A stretch of 64,000 bases of DNA, from the NCBI GenBank assembly GCA_951406725.2, contig OX597830.1:50592001-50656000 (forward strand), written 5' to 3'. A program made the translations under genes and the position numbers. This document shows, one piece after another, positions 41,815-57,139 of this stretch (the stretch's first letter is position 1; each line of letters starts with the position of its first letter). Below the pieces are notes generated by a model. That model had not been told where the DNA came from. It searched no databases and worked only from the letters and a program-made list of their open reading frames with translations. The DNA is from Octopus vulgaris. Its lineage: Eukaryota.

Positions 41815-42200
41815 AAGCCTAAGAAAGATCGAAATCACTTGATCTGGTGGTCCCCGCGCATAAAAGATACTTAGCCACAGGCATGCAATGTATTAACAGC
41901 TCAAATGTTTTGTTAAAATTATTTGTCCTTTGGGTCAAAATTGTCGATTTTTCACTGAAACGAATGTCACATCGAATCTTTGATTTGAAGCCCTCGTCCC
42001 AGTAAAGTTGCGCATTTTCTATAATAGACCAGGTAACTTTAAATTTATGTGGACTTGTCTCACGCAAGAAACCTTATTAACTTCGATAAAGCCGTAGTCG
42101 ACTTGTGGCCGACAAATGAATGTTTATACTTGTAATAACGGTTTATTAATGTGCGTTCCGTTGCTCGAATATGTGTTTTAGGTTCATCATGGCTGTCTGT
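41815..42200 (-). mobile_element. Penelope-like element GIY-YIG endonuclease remnant
   Basis: HIRATERTLINRYYKYKHSF..TTALSK and KVTWSIIENA..CDIRFSEK..IL..NKTFELLIHC (cf. YIG.TE..FK.R...H..SF, WSI, C.LCL.EK, NKR.EL...C). Confidence 0.65.
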
Positions 42201-42209
42201 ACACCAGGT

Positions 42210-43446
42210 GCATTCCAGGAGGCTCCTTCAAATGATACATTTATCAATTTGAAAGAAGTACAAAACTGTAATCTCCTTCAGAGGTAAGAACTACAAACAC
42301 TCCAATACCCTTGATCGCTCCCACCACTTCATGAAGACCCCTTTTGAGCCTTCCAAGGGGCATTTTCCAGGCTCCTTCTCAAAGCCCTCTCAATACCGTC
42401 AAAGCGATTGCTCCTTCAGGTTTGGGAACAGGCAAAAGTCATTCACAAGGAGCAAGATCTATACTGTATGGGTGACGGAAGGTTTTGCTGCCCATATCTG
42501 CAAAGTATTTGGTTACCAGGGTGCAATTGTAGACTGGAGCATTATCCTGGTGCAGGTGCCAGAGCTGAGTGAAAGATCTCTGGCCTTTAACGACGAAACC
42601 TCTTCCTGAACGCCCTCAAAACCTCTACAAAGTTCTCCTTAGGGAGAGTGTTGCCAGAGGGATCTGAGTGAATGTAAAGGATGCACATGTTGCCGGAAAC
42701 TAGGATCGACATACTTGCTTTGGACTTACATCAGATGGGTTTGGGAGTGTCACAGAGCCTCCATTAAACACGTTATCGCTTTGTCTCTGGATCTTAACAG
42801 TAGATCCAGCTTATGTCACAGGTCATTTGGATTGGAGGTAATGAAATTCATGGTCTCCCTGCTCTCAACGACACATCTTTCATTCTGTTCGCCTCTAGGA
42901 AGCCTGGGAACAAACTTTGCACAAATCTTGATCATTTTCAGACCTTAATGAATAATTCCGTGTATGCATATTGTCTTTATAAACACACGAAGGTCTTCAT
43001 CCAGAAAATTGCAAATTTTTTCAACCAACACTGATCGTCTAATATTTCTCTCCATCCCACAATTTTCATCAACTCTCACCACCTTTCTAGCGTATTTCAA
43101 GTTTCTGTGCCAGAGAAAAGCAGATGCTCGGCTCATAGAAGTTAATCCAAAAGCAACCGAAAGCATTTCATAAGATTCTTCAACGTTTTTGCACAGTGTA
43201 ACAGAAACGTTTCTCCTTTGGTGAGCTTCCAAATTCTCTTCACGTCTCGATGGCATTCTAGAATCGAGACAACTGTGATAAGCAATGTTTAACAGAGTGC
43301 GTTAAAAGTGCTGTTGCAGCAGTCTCCTTCCATATGGAATAGAAGTTGGCAGGTCAGCTTATTGGATGTATAACAATGTTATACTAAAATTAAAATAATT
43401 TAGAACAGTTATAGCTACGTCTCCTAAAAAAATATCAAGCTATCTG

Positions 43447-43450
<4 letters not shown>
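42210..43450 (-). mobile_element. Decayed mariner transposon
   Basis: ESYEML..AFG..SMSRAS.F.WH, WHLHQDNAPV and HPYSIDLAPC..LFPNLK. Confidence 0.85.
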
Positions 43451-43491
<41 letters not shown>

Positions 43492-43687
43492 ATATATATT
43501 TATATGATAATATATATATAAGTTTATATATTATCATATAAATATATATATACATATACATATTTATCACACGGAATGTCGAACATGAACTTCTTAAACG
43601 TAGAGTATATCCGTGTTTATATGTGTGTATGGCGATATGTTCATGTGTGTGTGTATGCATATATATATATACATGCATACATATGTA

Positions 43688-43749
<62 letters not shown>

Positions 43750-44264
43750 TGTATATATGTATGTATATATATATATATATATATATGTGTATGTATGTAT
43801 ATGTATGTATGTATATATATATATGTATGCATGTATATATATATATATATGTATGTATATATATAAATATATATAAATGTATATATATATGTATGTATAT
43901 ATATATATATGTATATATGTATATATATACGTATATCATATGTATGTGGGTGAGTACGCATGTGTGTGCAAGTGCGCCCCCAGCCCGTCTGTGCGTGCGT
44001 ATGTTCGTATGTTTGTCGGTTTTTGTTACTTTACCCAGTAATCACCAAGTACAAACACAAAACATAATAAACTCGCCAAACAGAAGGAACCAATAAAAAA
44101 AAATTATAGAAAAGAAGTAAAAACGAAGAAGAAAAGACGAGATGAGTTTGGACGGAGTAATGTCCATCATGGCTGAAGTAACTAAAAAAAAGACAAATTT
44201 CTTTCTCTTTTTCGCCTGTCTATCTCTATCTCTTTGTCCCTCTCTCTCTCTCTCTCCTAATATT

Positions 44265-44308
<44 letters not shown>

Positions 44309-44969
44309 CCTTATGATTCTGGCAAAACCTTTTATTTCTTGTCAGGTCTTGTTAGATAAAAGTCAAGATACCACGTGGCTGATTCGATCTCGCTTTGAAA
44401 ATAAATAAACATAATAAAGAAACTATATAAAAAACAACAACAACAAAAGAATAAAACAAGGATAAGTTGAAACAAAACAGAAACGTTATTTCTTCGAAGT
44501 GGTAGAGACGGAAGAGGTGTAGGTGGAGAACGAAGGGGAAAGATTGTCTAAATTAGGTGTCTAATTCACGAGTCAGTCTGCCAATACAATGATAGTGGTT
44601 TCATTTGATGTGACTAAAAGTCAAAGATGTTATTCCTTCAAAGATATTCTTGTTGGAGAGTGGGTCGCGGAGAAGAAAGACCGAGAGGAAGAGTAATGGT
44701 AGTAAAAAAAGCAAAACAACACAACACAAAAACAAAACAAAACAAAAATAGTGATAATAGAACATAACACAACATAAATATATAAAACGAGAAACAATGA
44801 CAAAATGGCGTTGTTGAAATGAAATTAAGAAAGGAATAAAGAAATCCAGTCCTGCGAAACGGTTTCGAATTTTAACTGAAATAAATACTATTTCTACAGT
44901 TGTTCGAATATTGTTATTATTATTGTTATTATTGTTATTATTGTTATTATTATTAGTATTATTATTATT

Positions 44970-45140
44970 ATTCTATCTTTGACTTTTGCTTTATGTACAA
45001 GTTGGCTCCAAGTCTCACCCAGAGACCACAAGAGACAACAGGTAGGAAGCTCACGTTGTTGTTATGCCTAGTGTGCCATATATTTGTTTTTTTTTGGGGG
45101 TGTTGTACTAGTGAATGTCTAATAAATAATTTTTTTTAAA
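44970..45140 (-). mobile_element. Probable LINE 3' UTR piece between (ATT)n tracts
   Basis: Unique ~170 bp bounded by ATT repeats; the minus strand ends ..gagacttggagccaacttgtac..aataataat. Lies next to an R4/Dong fragment. Confidence 0.4.
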
Positions 45141-45141
45141 A

Positions 45142-45203
<62 letters not shown>

Positions 45204-45223
45204 GATGGTGAACTGGCAGAATC

Positions 45224-45842
45224 ACTTTCCGGATTACCCTGGCCATGCCAAGAAGGCAAAACTTTTGTTACAGTTCTACTAGGGAATCTATTCCAATTTC
45301 CTTTATATTCTCCTTGATAACTTCTGATATTGTTCCCAAGGATGCAAGAATAATTGGCACTAGCTTCACCTTCTTCATTTTCTATAGCCGGGCTATTTCG
45401 TACTTAAGACGGTTGTATTTATCTATCTTTTCGGCTTCCTCCTTGACTATTCGTTGGTCAAAGGGGAATGCGACATTAACTATATAGCGCATGTGGTGCA
45501 CTTTGTTCGCCACCACCAGGTCTCATCTGTTATGTTCTAGCACCTGATCTGTTTGGATTGGGAAATCCCAGAAGATTTTACTAGTGTCCGACTTCGTCGC
45601 TCTCTGCGGTTTGTGCGCATATCGCATCTTGTTCTTCTCTAACCCCCACTTTCACTAACTGATCGTATCGCCACAACATGTAGTAGTTTTGGGCAACTCT
45701 AGAGCATTCGGTCGTGACATGGACAAGGATTTCATCCACTCTGTTACAGATGCGATAAAGCGCAAATCCTTGCTCATTCGTAAGGTTGACTCTCCAGTTC
45801 GTGTCCAAAGTTTGGTCTTGCGTTGCCAGTATAGTGCTCTCG
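45224..45842 (-). mobile_element. R4/Dong-clade LINE C-terminus (CCHC knuckle and restriction-like endonuclease)
   Basis: RICNRVDEILVHVTTEC..RYD, KIFWDFPIQTDQVLEHNR*DLVV, IVNVAFPFD..KEEAEKIDKY, LVPIILASLG, and LLGMARVIRKV. Confidence 0.9.
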
Positions 45843-45934
45843 ATATTATTATTATTATTATTATTATTATTATCATTATTATTATTATTATTATTATTGT
45901 TATGATTATTATTATTATTAATATTATTACTATT

Positions 45935-45965
<31 letters not shown>

Positions 45966-46040
45966 TTATTATTGTTATAATTTTATTATTATTATTTTTA
46001 TTATTATTGTTATGATTATTATTATTATTAATATTATCAC

Positions 46041-46112
<72 letters not shown>
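45843..46112. repeat. (ATT)n microsatellite
   Basis: Direct. Confidence 0.95.
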
Positions 46113-46113
<1 letters not shown>

Positions 46114-46736
46114 TTGTCATCTCTTCCTTACATCAAATAATAATGTATTGCTCCATAGTAACTTAGAAGTTACTACTGCATGACTTTTTACTGTATGCTT
46201 AATGTACAAAAGCATAGGATTTTAATTAGATTCCAGCAGAATTATCTGAATAAAGCGTTATTTCAATCAAAAATACTTTTGAAGATAATTATATATAATA
46301 CGTAAGTAAAATTATAATATAAACAAGAGAAGGCAACTCATATAGGGGAAACAACACCAAAATTTTAAATGATCGAAACTAATTGCTATAGTTTGCAGAG
46401 GATGGGTTTTCGGGTTTCGATTTACGTCGATATTTGACAGCGAATTCAAAGTTTCGCTTAAAACGCCATGTCAGTTTTACTGACGAGCTTTCGCGGGAAA
46501 ATTTTGAAGTCAGATCCTGTATATAGTTTTGTCTACTACTAATAACTAATAATGGCGTCTATCGTAATGATGATAACGAGAACGATGATGAGGATAATAG
46601 AGTATATAGTCTGATTGCTCGATAGAGAGATAGTTCCCCCTTCTCTCTCTCGCTATCTCTGTGTGAGTCTGTATGTATTATATATATATATATAGGGGGA
46701 GAATTCACAAAAAGATAACAAAAGACGAAGACAGGT

Positions 46737-46774
<38 letters not shown>

Positions 46775-47114
46775 CATACGTACTTACACACACAACAGAC
46801 ATATACACATATATTAAGAGAGATAGAAAGAGAGAGAAAGAGAATGCTAGAGATAAACAGATTAGATAAAAAATACAGATATGTGCCAATGTAATAAAAA
46901 ATATTTATCAGATCGAGAGATAATTTCTTGGTCGCTGCGATAAAGAATTAAGAATATCGTTCTATTGCTGTATGGATACAGATCAGGAAAAAAAATCAAT
47001 ATATTTAGTTATATCATTATAAAGGTATATCGATAGGTTAATATATGGTATGACATAGACTGTCGTGTCATGAGAGATACTAACGTACTTATAAGCATTT
47101 ATACATTATGCATA

Positions 47115-47157
<43 letters not shown>

Positions 47158-47499
47158 TACACAAATACACACATATATATATGTATGTGCATATATACAT
47201 ACGTATATATACATATATATATACATATATATATATGCATGAACTCATATAAGTAAATATGTAAATTTATGTGCGTATATATGTATATATAATATATATA
47301 TGTCCATATATACATTCGTATACACATATATACATAGAAACACACATGCACGCTATTTGCTCCATGCATTTATCTACGCATCTATCAACCAACTGTTTGT
47401 GAGTGTGTGCGTGTGTGTGTGCTTGTGTATATGTATATGTTCATTCAGATACACACACACACATACAAATACATATATACACACAAATGCATACGTCCA

Positions 47500-48100
47500 G
47501 ACATGCATACATACATACATACATACATACATTCATACATACATACATACACACATACATACATACATACATACATACATACATACATACATACGTACGT
47601 ACGTACGTACGTACATACATACATACATACATACATACATACATACATACATACATACATACATACATACATACATACATACATACATACATACGTACAT
47701 ACATATATACGTACATACATACGTACTGTTAATCAACAGTGTCTTCAACGCTGATGTAAAGCGGTTTGTGTGCATATTGGCCTTTAGCTTATCGATACAC
47801 TGTATGTGATAGACAACTGCAAACACCTTTGTTGTTATATAAGATATCTACGTGGACTTAATCAAATATATTATACACACAGATGTATTTGCATTTATCA
47901 GTGTTGTCCAAATATGATAGATAGGTGGATAGACAGATGGATAGAATGAGTGATGGATATACAGTCGGTCATAAACACATATGAGTGCATGTGCAGATAG
48001 AGAATTAAGTGAGATATAGATAGGTGACTTGATAGGTGGATGGACAGACAGAAGAATAGAGATACAGAAGTCATACAGACGGACGGAGAGACAGACAGAC

Positions 48101-48142
<42 letters not shown>

Positions 48143-48151
48143 GTTGATAGA

Positions 48152-48195
<44 letters not shown>

Positions 48196-48216
48196 TAGAT
48201 AGATAAATAGATATAT

Positions 48217-48273
<57 letters not shown>

Positions 48274-48415
48274 CAGACAAAGATATGCAGAAATATCCAT
48301 ATAGACAGATAGATAGATAGTTATATGCATACATACATTGATATATACATACATAAATTTTATAGATTAACAAACAAACAGGCAGATAAATATACTGTTA
48401 GATAAATTGGTAGGC

Positions 48416-48495
<80 letters not shown>

Positions 48496-48523
48496 AAGGT
48501 AGACAGATAGATAGATATGTAGG

Positions 48524-48586
<63 letters not shown>

Positions 48587-48600
48587 ATTAATAGATATAT
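47500..48600. repeat. (CATA)n and (GATA)n/(GACA)n microsatellite blocks
   Basis: Direct. Confidence 0.9.
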
Positions 48601-49714
48601 AGATATATAAATAAACGGAAGTGTGTTTGCATGTATTAACAGGATAGAAACCATTCCAATACAGTTAGCTTCAGTTCTTAAAATTTGGCGTCAAACATCA
48701 AAGTTGAGAGGCCTTGCGGGAGGAATTTATTGTCGTAGCGGAAGGCTTTCTGTTGGCATGACATTGTCAGTTCCTCAGTATTACGTTCGAGCAAATAGGA
48801 TTGAAGAATGTGTTGCAGATATGTCAGAGAAAATAACAGCTTCACTACGAACTACATAATTAAGGTTTTCCAGTGACTGAAGAAAAAATGGGAAAATATC
48901 TTCTTCGGAGATATTTTCAGAGAAGTTCAGTAAGTAAATGGGAATAATTTAAAGAATTACTGTTAAGATTTTGGCAACGAAGAATATTTATATCTTTAGA
49001 ATTTGCGGTATTCCTAACTGTGAACCTAAACGAAGACATAAAAAGTGCAGGAATGTATTAAAGTCATTATTTGAAATTTATTTCTTCAAATTCCAATCTT
49101 TTTTTTTTTTTTTTATATAACTAGAAAATATTTCAGGAGCTACGAAAAGATACATTTAAAAAAAAATCAGTAAGCACCAAATGATAAAGAGTAATTAATT
49201 CTGTGTTGAAGAAAAAAAAAAGGAAGAGGGTTAAATGTTTTGGAAAATTTTCCTTTCTCACGAAAAAGAAAAGAGAAAAGAAATATAAAAAAAAAACAAA
49301 GGAAGAAATAAAAGCTGGAATGTTCTGTGAAAGAAAGGATTTCTGTGTTGGTTTTTAGAACTTATTGTTTTTTTTATTAATCCCATATCAACTCTGTTCG
49401 AGTAAAACTATGACAAAAGTTATTCTACACTTATTAACAGTATAGAGCACAAGGAAGGTATGGATGGTATAAGTGGTATGGAAGGAGCAGAATATCCCTA
49501 AGAATGGATATTATGGAACGTGCTGATGGTACGGAAGATATGTAATATCTAAATATGGAAAAGGAAGTGATAGAAACTGGAAGACCTAAATATAACAAAT
49601 GTTCAACATGACGATGTATGTTATAAAAGGGAATAAGCTACCATTGTAGACGTAATGAACGTAATACAGTGGACCAACTTCGAAAGATTATACTGTTGCT
49701 TTTTTATGTAATAT

Positions 49715-49961
<247 letters not shown>

Positions 49962-50203
49962 TGTGACATATGTTATAATTATAAAGAGGGCACATGTTAG
50001 CTATTTCTCCGCCGACTGAAAAAATGATGAACAACCTTAATCGACAGAGAGTATTGCTTTATTCAGTAATTGCCTTTTATTTCTATATATATGGATGTGT
50101 TGAATAACCCCTAAAAGATAGTATTCATATACTTACAATATACTAAAAAAATACACATATATACATGCACGCACATACACACACAAATACAAACACACAC
50201 ACA

Positions 50204-50269
<66 letters not shown>

Positions 50270-50273
<4 letters not shown>

Positions 50274-50460
50274 GGGGGAGAGTTTAGGAAAAAACAAAAT
50301 ACGAAGACAGGTGGTGCATAAAACAAACAGATGTATTTGTATAACGCTCAGGAATTGAAAAAAAGTCTTTTACGTTTCGAGCCTACGCTCTTCTACAGAA
50401 AGGGACACAGAAGAAAAAAACAAGGAGAGAAAAAATGTGCGTACTGGCTACCGATCTATC
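50270..50460 (-). mobile_element. (TA)n-adjacent Penelope-like repeat with hammerhead-like motif at 50367-50402
   Basis: cttt-CTGTAGA-a-gagc(gtag)gctc-GAAA-cg-TA-aaag; homologous to 9630-9790. Confidence 0.55.
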
Positions 50461-50623
50461 ATTGAAAGTACCTATATTCATACTTATATTCATACTTATT
50501 CATGTACGTAAAAATAAATTTAACAGATATAAAATAAACTACTAAATTAACAGGATAAAAATTATTAAAATTTGGAAACATATATTGAATAAAGTAAGCC
50601 TCTCTCTCTCTCTCTCCCTCTCT

Positions 50624-50668
<45 letters not shown>

Positions 50669-51329
50669 TATGTGTGTGTATGTTTCTATGTGTGTGTGTG
50701 TTTGTGTCTATGTTTGTCCTCCCAGCACTACTTGACAACCAGTGTTAGTGTGTTTATGCCCTCGTAACCGGCGGTACGGCAAAAGGGAACGTCAGAATCA
50801 GTAGTAGGCTTGAATGAATAAGTCCTGGGGTCTACTAAAATTTTCAAAGCGGTGGCAGCATCCAAATGTCTGAAACAAGATAAAATATAAAAAGGTCATT
50901 TTACCCCTACGTCAGACCCGATGAAACAGACCTATAATCAAATGTTTTGCAGTCTTGTGGCTGTGTGGTAAGTAGCTTCCTTCCCAACCACATGGTCCCG
51001 GGTTCATTTTATAGTACTCATCTTGATTCCAATGATACAAAAATTATTTAGTTGTGGACTGCTTCGTTGGACCATTGATATATCTCAAACACACGTGACC
51101 AGCCAGACAAATGACCACGTGATTAAACCTGAAGCATAACCACCATCTGACATCTATGAAAGAACGGATTTCATTAACAGCTCTAGCAACAATTCACTGA
51201 GTACTTGACAAAGAAGTAAATAACGGGGCCATTTAAAAGGTTGCTGGTATCTTTGAGTAACCAGGCCGTGATTAATACAGAGTCAACGACATCAACAGTC
51301 AACAAAAGTCATCTCACTCTCTCTCTTTC

Positions 51330-51850
<521 letters not shown>

Positions 51851-51889
51851 CCAGAAGCCTTTAAAAGCTACCTTGTCGAGTCATTCTGA

Positions 51890-52090
51890 CTCATAAGGGA
51901 CGGTTTTCTGATTGCTTATAAATTCGCCACCTTTACGGGATACCCGTCCATCGCAGGTTAAACTCATTTTTACTAGCTGCATGGACTGCTGCAACAAGGA
52001 ATGAAGTATTGTGCTCAAGAACACAACGTAACACCCAGTCTAGGAATCGAAACCACAATCCTACCATCATGAGTCCAACACTCTAACCAC
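51890..52090 (-). mobile_element. tRNA SINE with CORE-like centre and V-like cctgcgatggac module
   Basis: Minus strand gtggttagagtgttggactc..ggtttcgattcc..gttgtgttcttgagcacaatac..cctgcgatggacggg. Confidence 0.65.
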
Positions 52091-53717
52091 ACGAAACCTT
52101 TAGGGTGATGCTGACGAACGTAATTTACAGCAGTCCCACGCATATGTAACGCAGTTTTATATTGAGTGGAGTGCTTTTGGGGTGAAGTCTACATGTAAGT
52201 TTGTATGCTTGTATGTGTTCTGTTTCTTTTTTTCAATTTTGGCTAAATTTTGACCGGTAGCAAGGTTGCGAAGGAAAACATCGTGTTTTGTTCATCATCT
52301 TAGAAATCTTCAGAAGCATTTGCAGTGTTCATATTATAACCATTTGTAGTGTATGAATTAAGAATATGCATTCTCCCCGTAATATCTCAAATTCAGCTAC
52401 ACTTTGCTTCAGGCGGTTTGGTACGTAATCTGTTCCTCCAATAATAATAGACGTGAAACTGAAAGCATATCTTGGGTTAGTGGATAGGCAGACGCCTTAT
52501 CAATGTTCCACAGATGTCCTCTTTGTCTTGTATATTTCTTATCACATTTGTGTCCAGAAGGCAGTTAACATCCACTACTGAACATGTCTTCACCTACTGG
52601 TCCTACGCAAGAACATCTGGCCACTTGTTTTAATTTATAGGTTCTAAGAATATATTTTATGTATGTATGTATATATGGAATTATGCATGTATGTATCTGT
52701 CTATCTGTCTGTTTGTATGTATGCATATATATATATGTATATTTTATGCAACAACACACAGTGCTCATATGTATATACGTGTTCACACGTGAGAGTGTGG
52801 GTGATTATTTATCTTTTATATGTTTCATTCAAATAAGACATGTTACCTTTTGCCGATTGGCTGTATTACAGGGTAGTAAACAAGGTGACCCGGTTTTTAA
52901 GCATTGATGGGAAAACGAACACAAATACACAGAAACACACACACATACACACAAATATATGTATATATATACACACACATATGTATATATATACACACAC
53001 ACAGATATATATATACATACATATATATAAACATATATGTATATATATATAATATTAATATTAATAATATATATATGTACATACACACACACAAACTCAC
53101 ATATATATACATATATAAATGCATATAAGGGTACATTACTTAACAACAGTAACCAATATGAAATACGAAAACAAATGAGTTAAATACGCAAATATCGAGA
53201 GAAAACAGGATAAGTAATACAAAGAATGGCCTTCATCAGTTGTCGGGTGTCTATCTACTCCCCATTTCGAGCACTCAATGACAATATGAGTCTTGGAAAA
53301 CAGTTGCTCCCATAAATACTATGATAAAATTTTGGATTTATGGAGAGTCAAAGTTAGGAACAAAAACAGAATAGTGGAAACACAGAGAAACGGAACGAGA
53401 AAAACATGGAGGGTCGTTAGACCTGAATGAAGGGGAAATAGTAAAGGCTGAGAAAAATATTTTCTTTGAAATGAGAAAAGATAGAAGAGAGAAATGGGAG
53501 ACGCACAGTCGTCAGAAAATCCGTGCAGGAAAGAAAGATAGCCACGTGAGGAAAAGAAAGATAGACGATGGTCATGTGTGAGCAATGAGAGAGAAAAAAG
53601 AGAAAAAGGGAGAGAGAGAGAGAGAGAGAGAGACAGATAGACAACGGTAAAAGGAAGAAAAAGGGAATTAGAGAGGATATGGGAGAAGCTGTATAGGGTA
53701 GAGTCGCATCAAAAAGG

Positions 53718-53764
<47 letters not shown>

Positions 53765-53767
<3 letters not shown>

Positions 53768-53895
53768 GACTCAAAAGGTTTTGGTCGTCCTCGGGCTGTA
53801 GTAGAGAACATTCAACGAAGGTCCCACGCAGTTGGAGTGAACCAAAAACTATGTGGTTGGGAAGCAAAATTCAACCACATACCCACGCTTGCTCC
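53765..53895 (-). mobile_element. SINE family A 5' fragment
   Basis: ttttggtcgtcctcgggctgtagtag..atgtggttgggaagc. Confidence 0.6.
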
Positions 53896-54429
53896 TAATA
53901 TATATGTGTATATATATGCACGCACACATATGCATACATTCATACATTATATGAATGTATGCATATCTATTCATACATATTCATACATATATACATACAC
54001 ATATATACACACACATTTATGTGTACAGACATATATATATACGTACACATGCATAAATTCATACATACCTACATATATTCATACACACACACACACATAT
54101 TTACATAGCGAGACACACAGATAGCCACACATATACAGCACATATAAGCGAACAGAGATTTGCAAGGACATATTGTACGAATGCTTCGAAATAAAACTTG
54201 TTCCGAAACATACTCGTACATACAAAATTGCATGAACATACACTCACACGCAGACAGACACTCAAAGGAACACACACACACAATAGACACATGCATATAC
54301 ACATATGCACACGGACATACACATAAATATGCCTATATGCATATATCATTTATGTATATATATATATGTGTGTGTGCGTATTTAACAAGGCATGCATAAA
54401 GAATGTATATCTGTATATCACCATTGTAC

Positions 54430-54486
<57 letters not shown>

Positions 54487-54994
54487 TGTGTGTGTGTGAG
54501 AGTGTGTGTATGCATATAAATGTTTGAAACATATCTCTCCCCATGAATACATACATCCATTGCACACAAGCTCTCACACATATCTTTATACATATATACA
54601 TACATACACATACTTATTTGTGTGTAAATATACACATATTTACATACCAACTTAGCTATATACTAGACACACACACACACACACACACACACTTAATTCC
54701 GGTTAAAAATACATTGGTATATTTAAAAACATGTGCTCGGAAATTCAATAAATAATTGTATGCATGAGTGTGTGCATATATATATTGTATATATACATAT
54801 ATATATACACATGCACATATATATATATATATTCATGTGTGTGTGAGTATTTGTGTGTATGTGTATGTGTGTTAGTGTGTGTGTCAGTGCATTTCTATTT
54901 TTTCATAAAAAGCTGCTTCCTACTCCGAGAATCACACACACAGATACATGTGTATACATAAATACATACATACGTATACATATATACACACACA

Positions 54995-55044
<50 letters not shown>

Positions 55045-55056
55045 CATATATATTTA

Positions 55057-55088
<32 letters not shown>

Positions 55089-55604
55089 CATGTATATATA
55101 TCCTATGATATTTTTAATCCATTAATTTGCCCACTTTTACCCACTTCCTCTTTGTCTTTTCCTCTTGACGTTCTCACAACAATTTCAACATGACATCCAA
55201 AATAGATGTTTACTTTAGCTGCCATTAAAAATAACATTTTATCTCACAATTTGTTTGTTTGTTGGCGTTTAAGTGCATGCATCTATGTTTGGGCAACTAT
55301 GTATGTGTGCATATAAATATATAGGTTGAGAATGAGAGAGAGAGAGAGAGCGAGAGAGGAAGAGACAGAGACAGAGAAAGAGAGAAAGAAAAATCATATA
55401 AGCACACACATATATACACAACTCTATGGAAATGTATATCTATCCGTCTATCTATCTATCTATCTATATATATCTATCAATCTATCTATCTTTTCACCTA
55501 ACTATCTGTCTATAAATCTGTTTACGCGTCCGTCTGTCTACAAATATAACTAGCTATTGCCCAATGTAATGCTAGATGTATATATTTATATGCATATGTC
55601 TATG

Positions 55605-55664
<60 letters not shown>

Positions 55665-55667
55665 CAT

Positions 55668-55736
<69 letters not shown>

Positions 55737-55982
55737 AGTATGTAGGTATATATATATCCATATACAAACATCTAGATGTCTAGATGTAAATATATACATA
55801 CATCTAGGTATAGATATAAACATGCGTGTATCAGAAAAGGAATAAACGATTATGTTATGAACTTCACTATGTTACACCGGTTTCTGCTGAAGTCGGCTCA
55901 TAGCTGAGTACCTCACCAGCACCATATAGCTTCATCGGAGCCTAGAATATGAAAGGCAATATATTTGGGAAAAGTATTACGA

Positions 55983-56062
<80 letters not shown>

Positions 56063-56127
56063 GCATGCATGCATGCATGTATGTATGTATGTATGTATGT
56101 ATGTATGTATGTATGTATCTATGTCTT

Positions 56128-56160
<33 letters not shown>

Positions 56161-56182
56161 ATATATATATATATATACATAT

Positions 56183-56398
56183 ATCACGTGATCACGTGAC
56201 CGACCAGAACATCAAATGTTGCTACACATCGCTGGTCACAATGCGTTCGCATTGTTTTAGCCTTCGAACGACGCCACCCCGCTGGCTAAGTCAGCAGGCC
56301 AACAGACGAAAGAGGGAGAGAAAGAGTGGTTAAAGAGTACAGCAGGGATCACCACCCCCTGCCGGAGCGTCGTGGAGCTTTTAGGTGTTTTCGCTCAA
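56183..56398 (-). mobile_element. SINE sharing the family C body but with an RTE-LINE-derived 3' tail
   Basis: 56330-56398 matches 20279-20350; the tail matches the LINE end at 6427-6488. Confidence 0.75.
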
Positions 56399-56550
56399 TA
56401 TATATATAAATTTTATTTGTTAGGGAATAAAAGTTCCAGCATAACAGAGGTTCAAATTATTCTCAATAAAGAAATATATATTTTAATTTAGAGATATTAG
56501 GCCCCTTCATCTCGCCATATAAAAAAGAATTTTTATTTTAATTACCTACT

Positions 56551-56666
56551 GTTTTATAACTTGGCTACATGTGTTTCATGAGGTACATTCCACGGTTCCT
56601 AAACCACTCCGTGTTTTGCTGGAACCCTTCATACAATGTAACCCCAATCATCAGGCCCTTATAACA
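56551..56666 (-). ncRNA. Type I hammerhead ribozyme with canonical core and long stem II
   Basis: Minus strand ggc-CTGATGA-ttggggttacatt...aatgtacctcat-GAAA-ca(ca)tg-TA-gcc. Confidence 0.65.
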
Positions 56667-57026
56667 CTTTATCCTCGTTCAATACTATAAACTATATTTT
56701 AATTTTTTAAGACCCTTAAGTATGTGTAAAATAGGTATGTTTAAATTAGGTTCGATGGACCCAACAGTACAAGCCATTATACAGATAAAAATTCAAATAT
56801 TTACAAAATAAGTTACAAAATAAGTTACAAAAATAAAATTTACAAAATTAAAGTAAGAAATAAAAAGAAATAAAAATGCTAAAACAATATGCGAAAAATT
56901 TACAAAATGTATGTTAGTAATATATAGGGCTAAAAATAAAATATATATTAGTGATAATATAAAATAAAATGACATGAATAAAAGCAATTAAAGGAATGAC
57001 AATATATATCATATATATATATATAT

Positions 57027-57076
<50 letters not shown>

Positions 57077-57139
57077 CGAATAAAAATAAAAGGAATGGCA
57101 AGAAAAAAAATATGTTTTATTTATATATATTTTATTTTG

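Noticed and set aside
48623-48859. 78-aa non-repetitive ORF
   Set aside because: No recognisable domain and no convincing in-frame splice donor; length is within chance expectation.
53200-53285. CTGATGA on the minus strand with a nearby GAAA
   Set aside because: Could not build consistent stems in any hammerhead topology.
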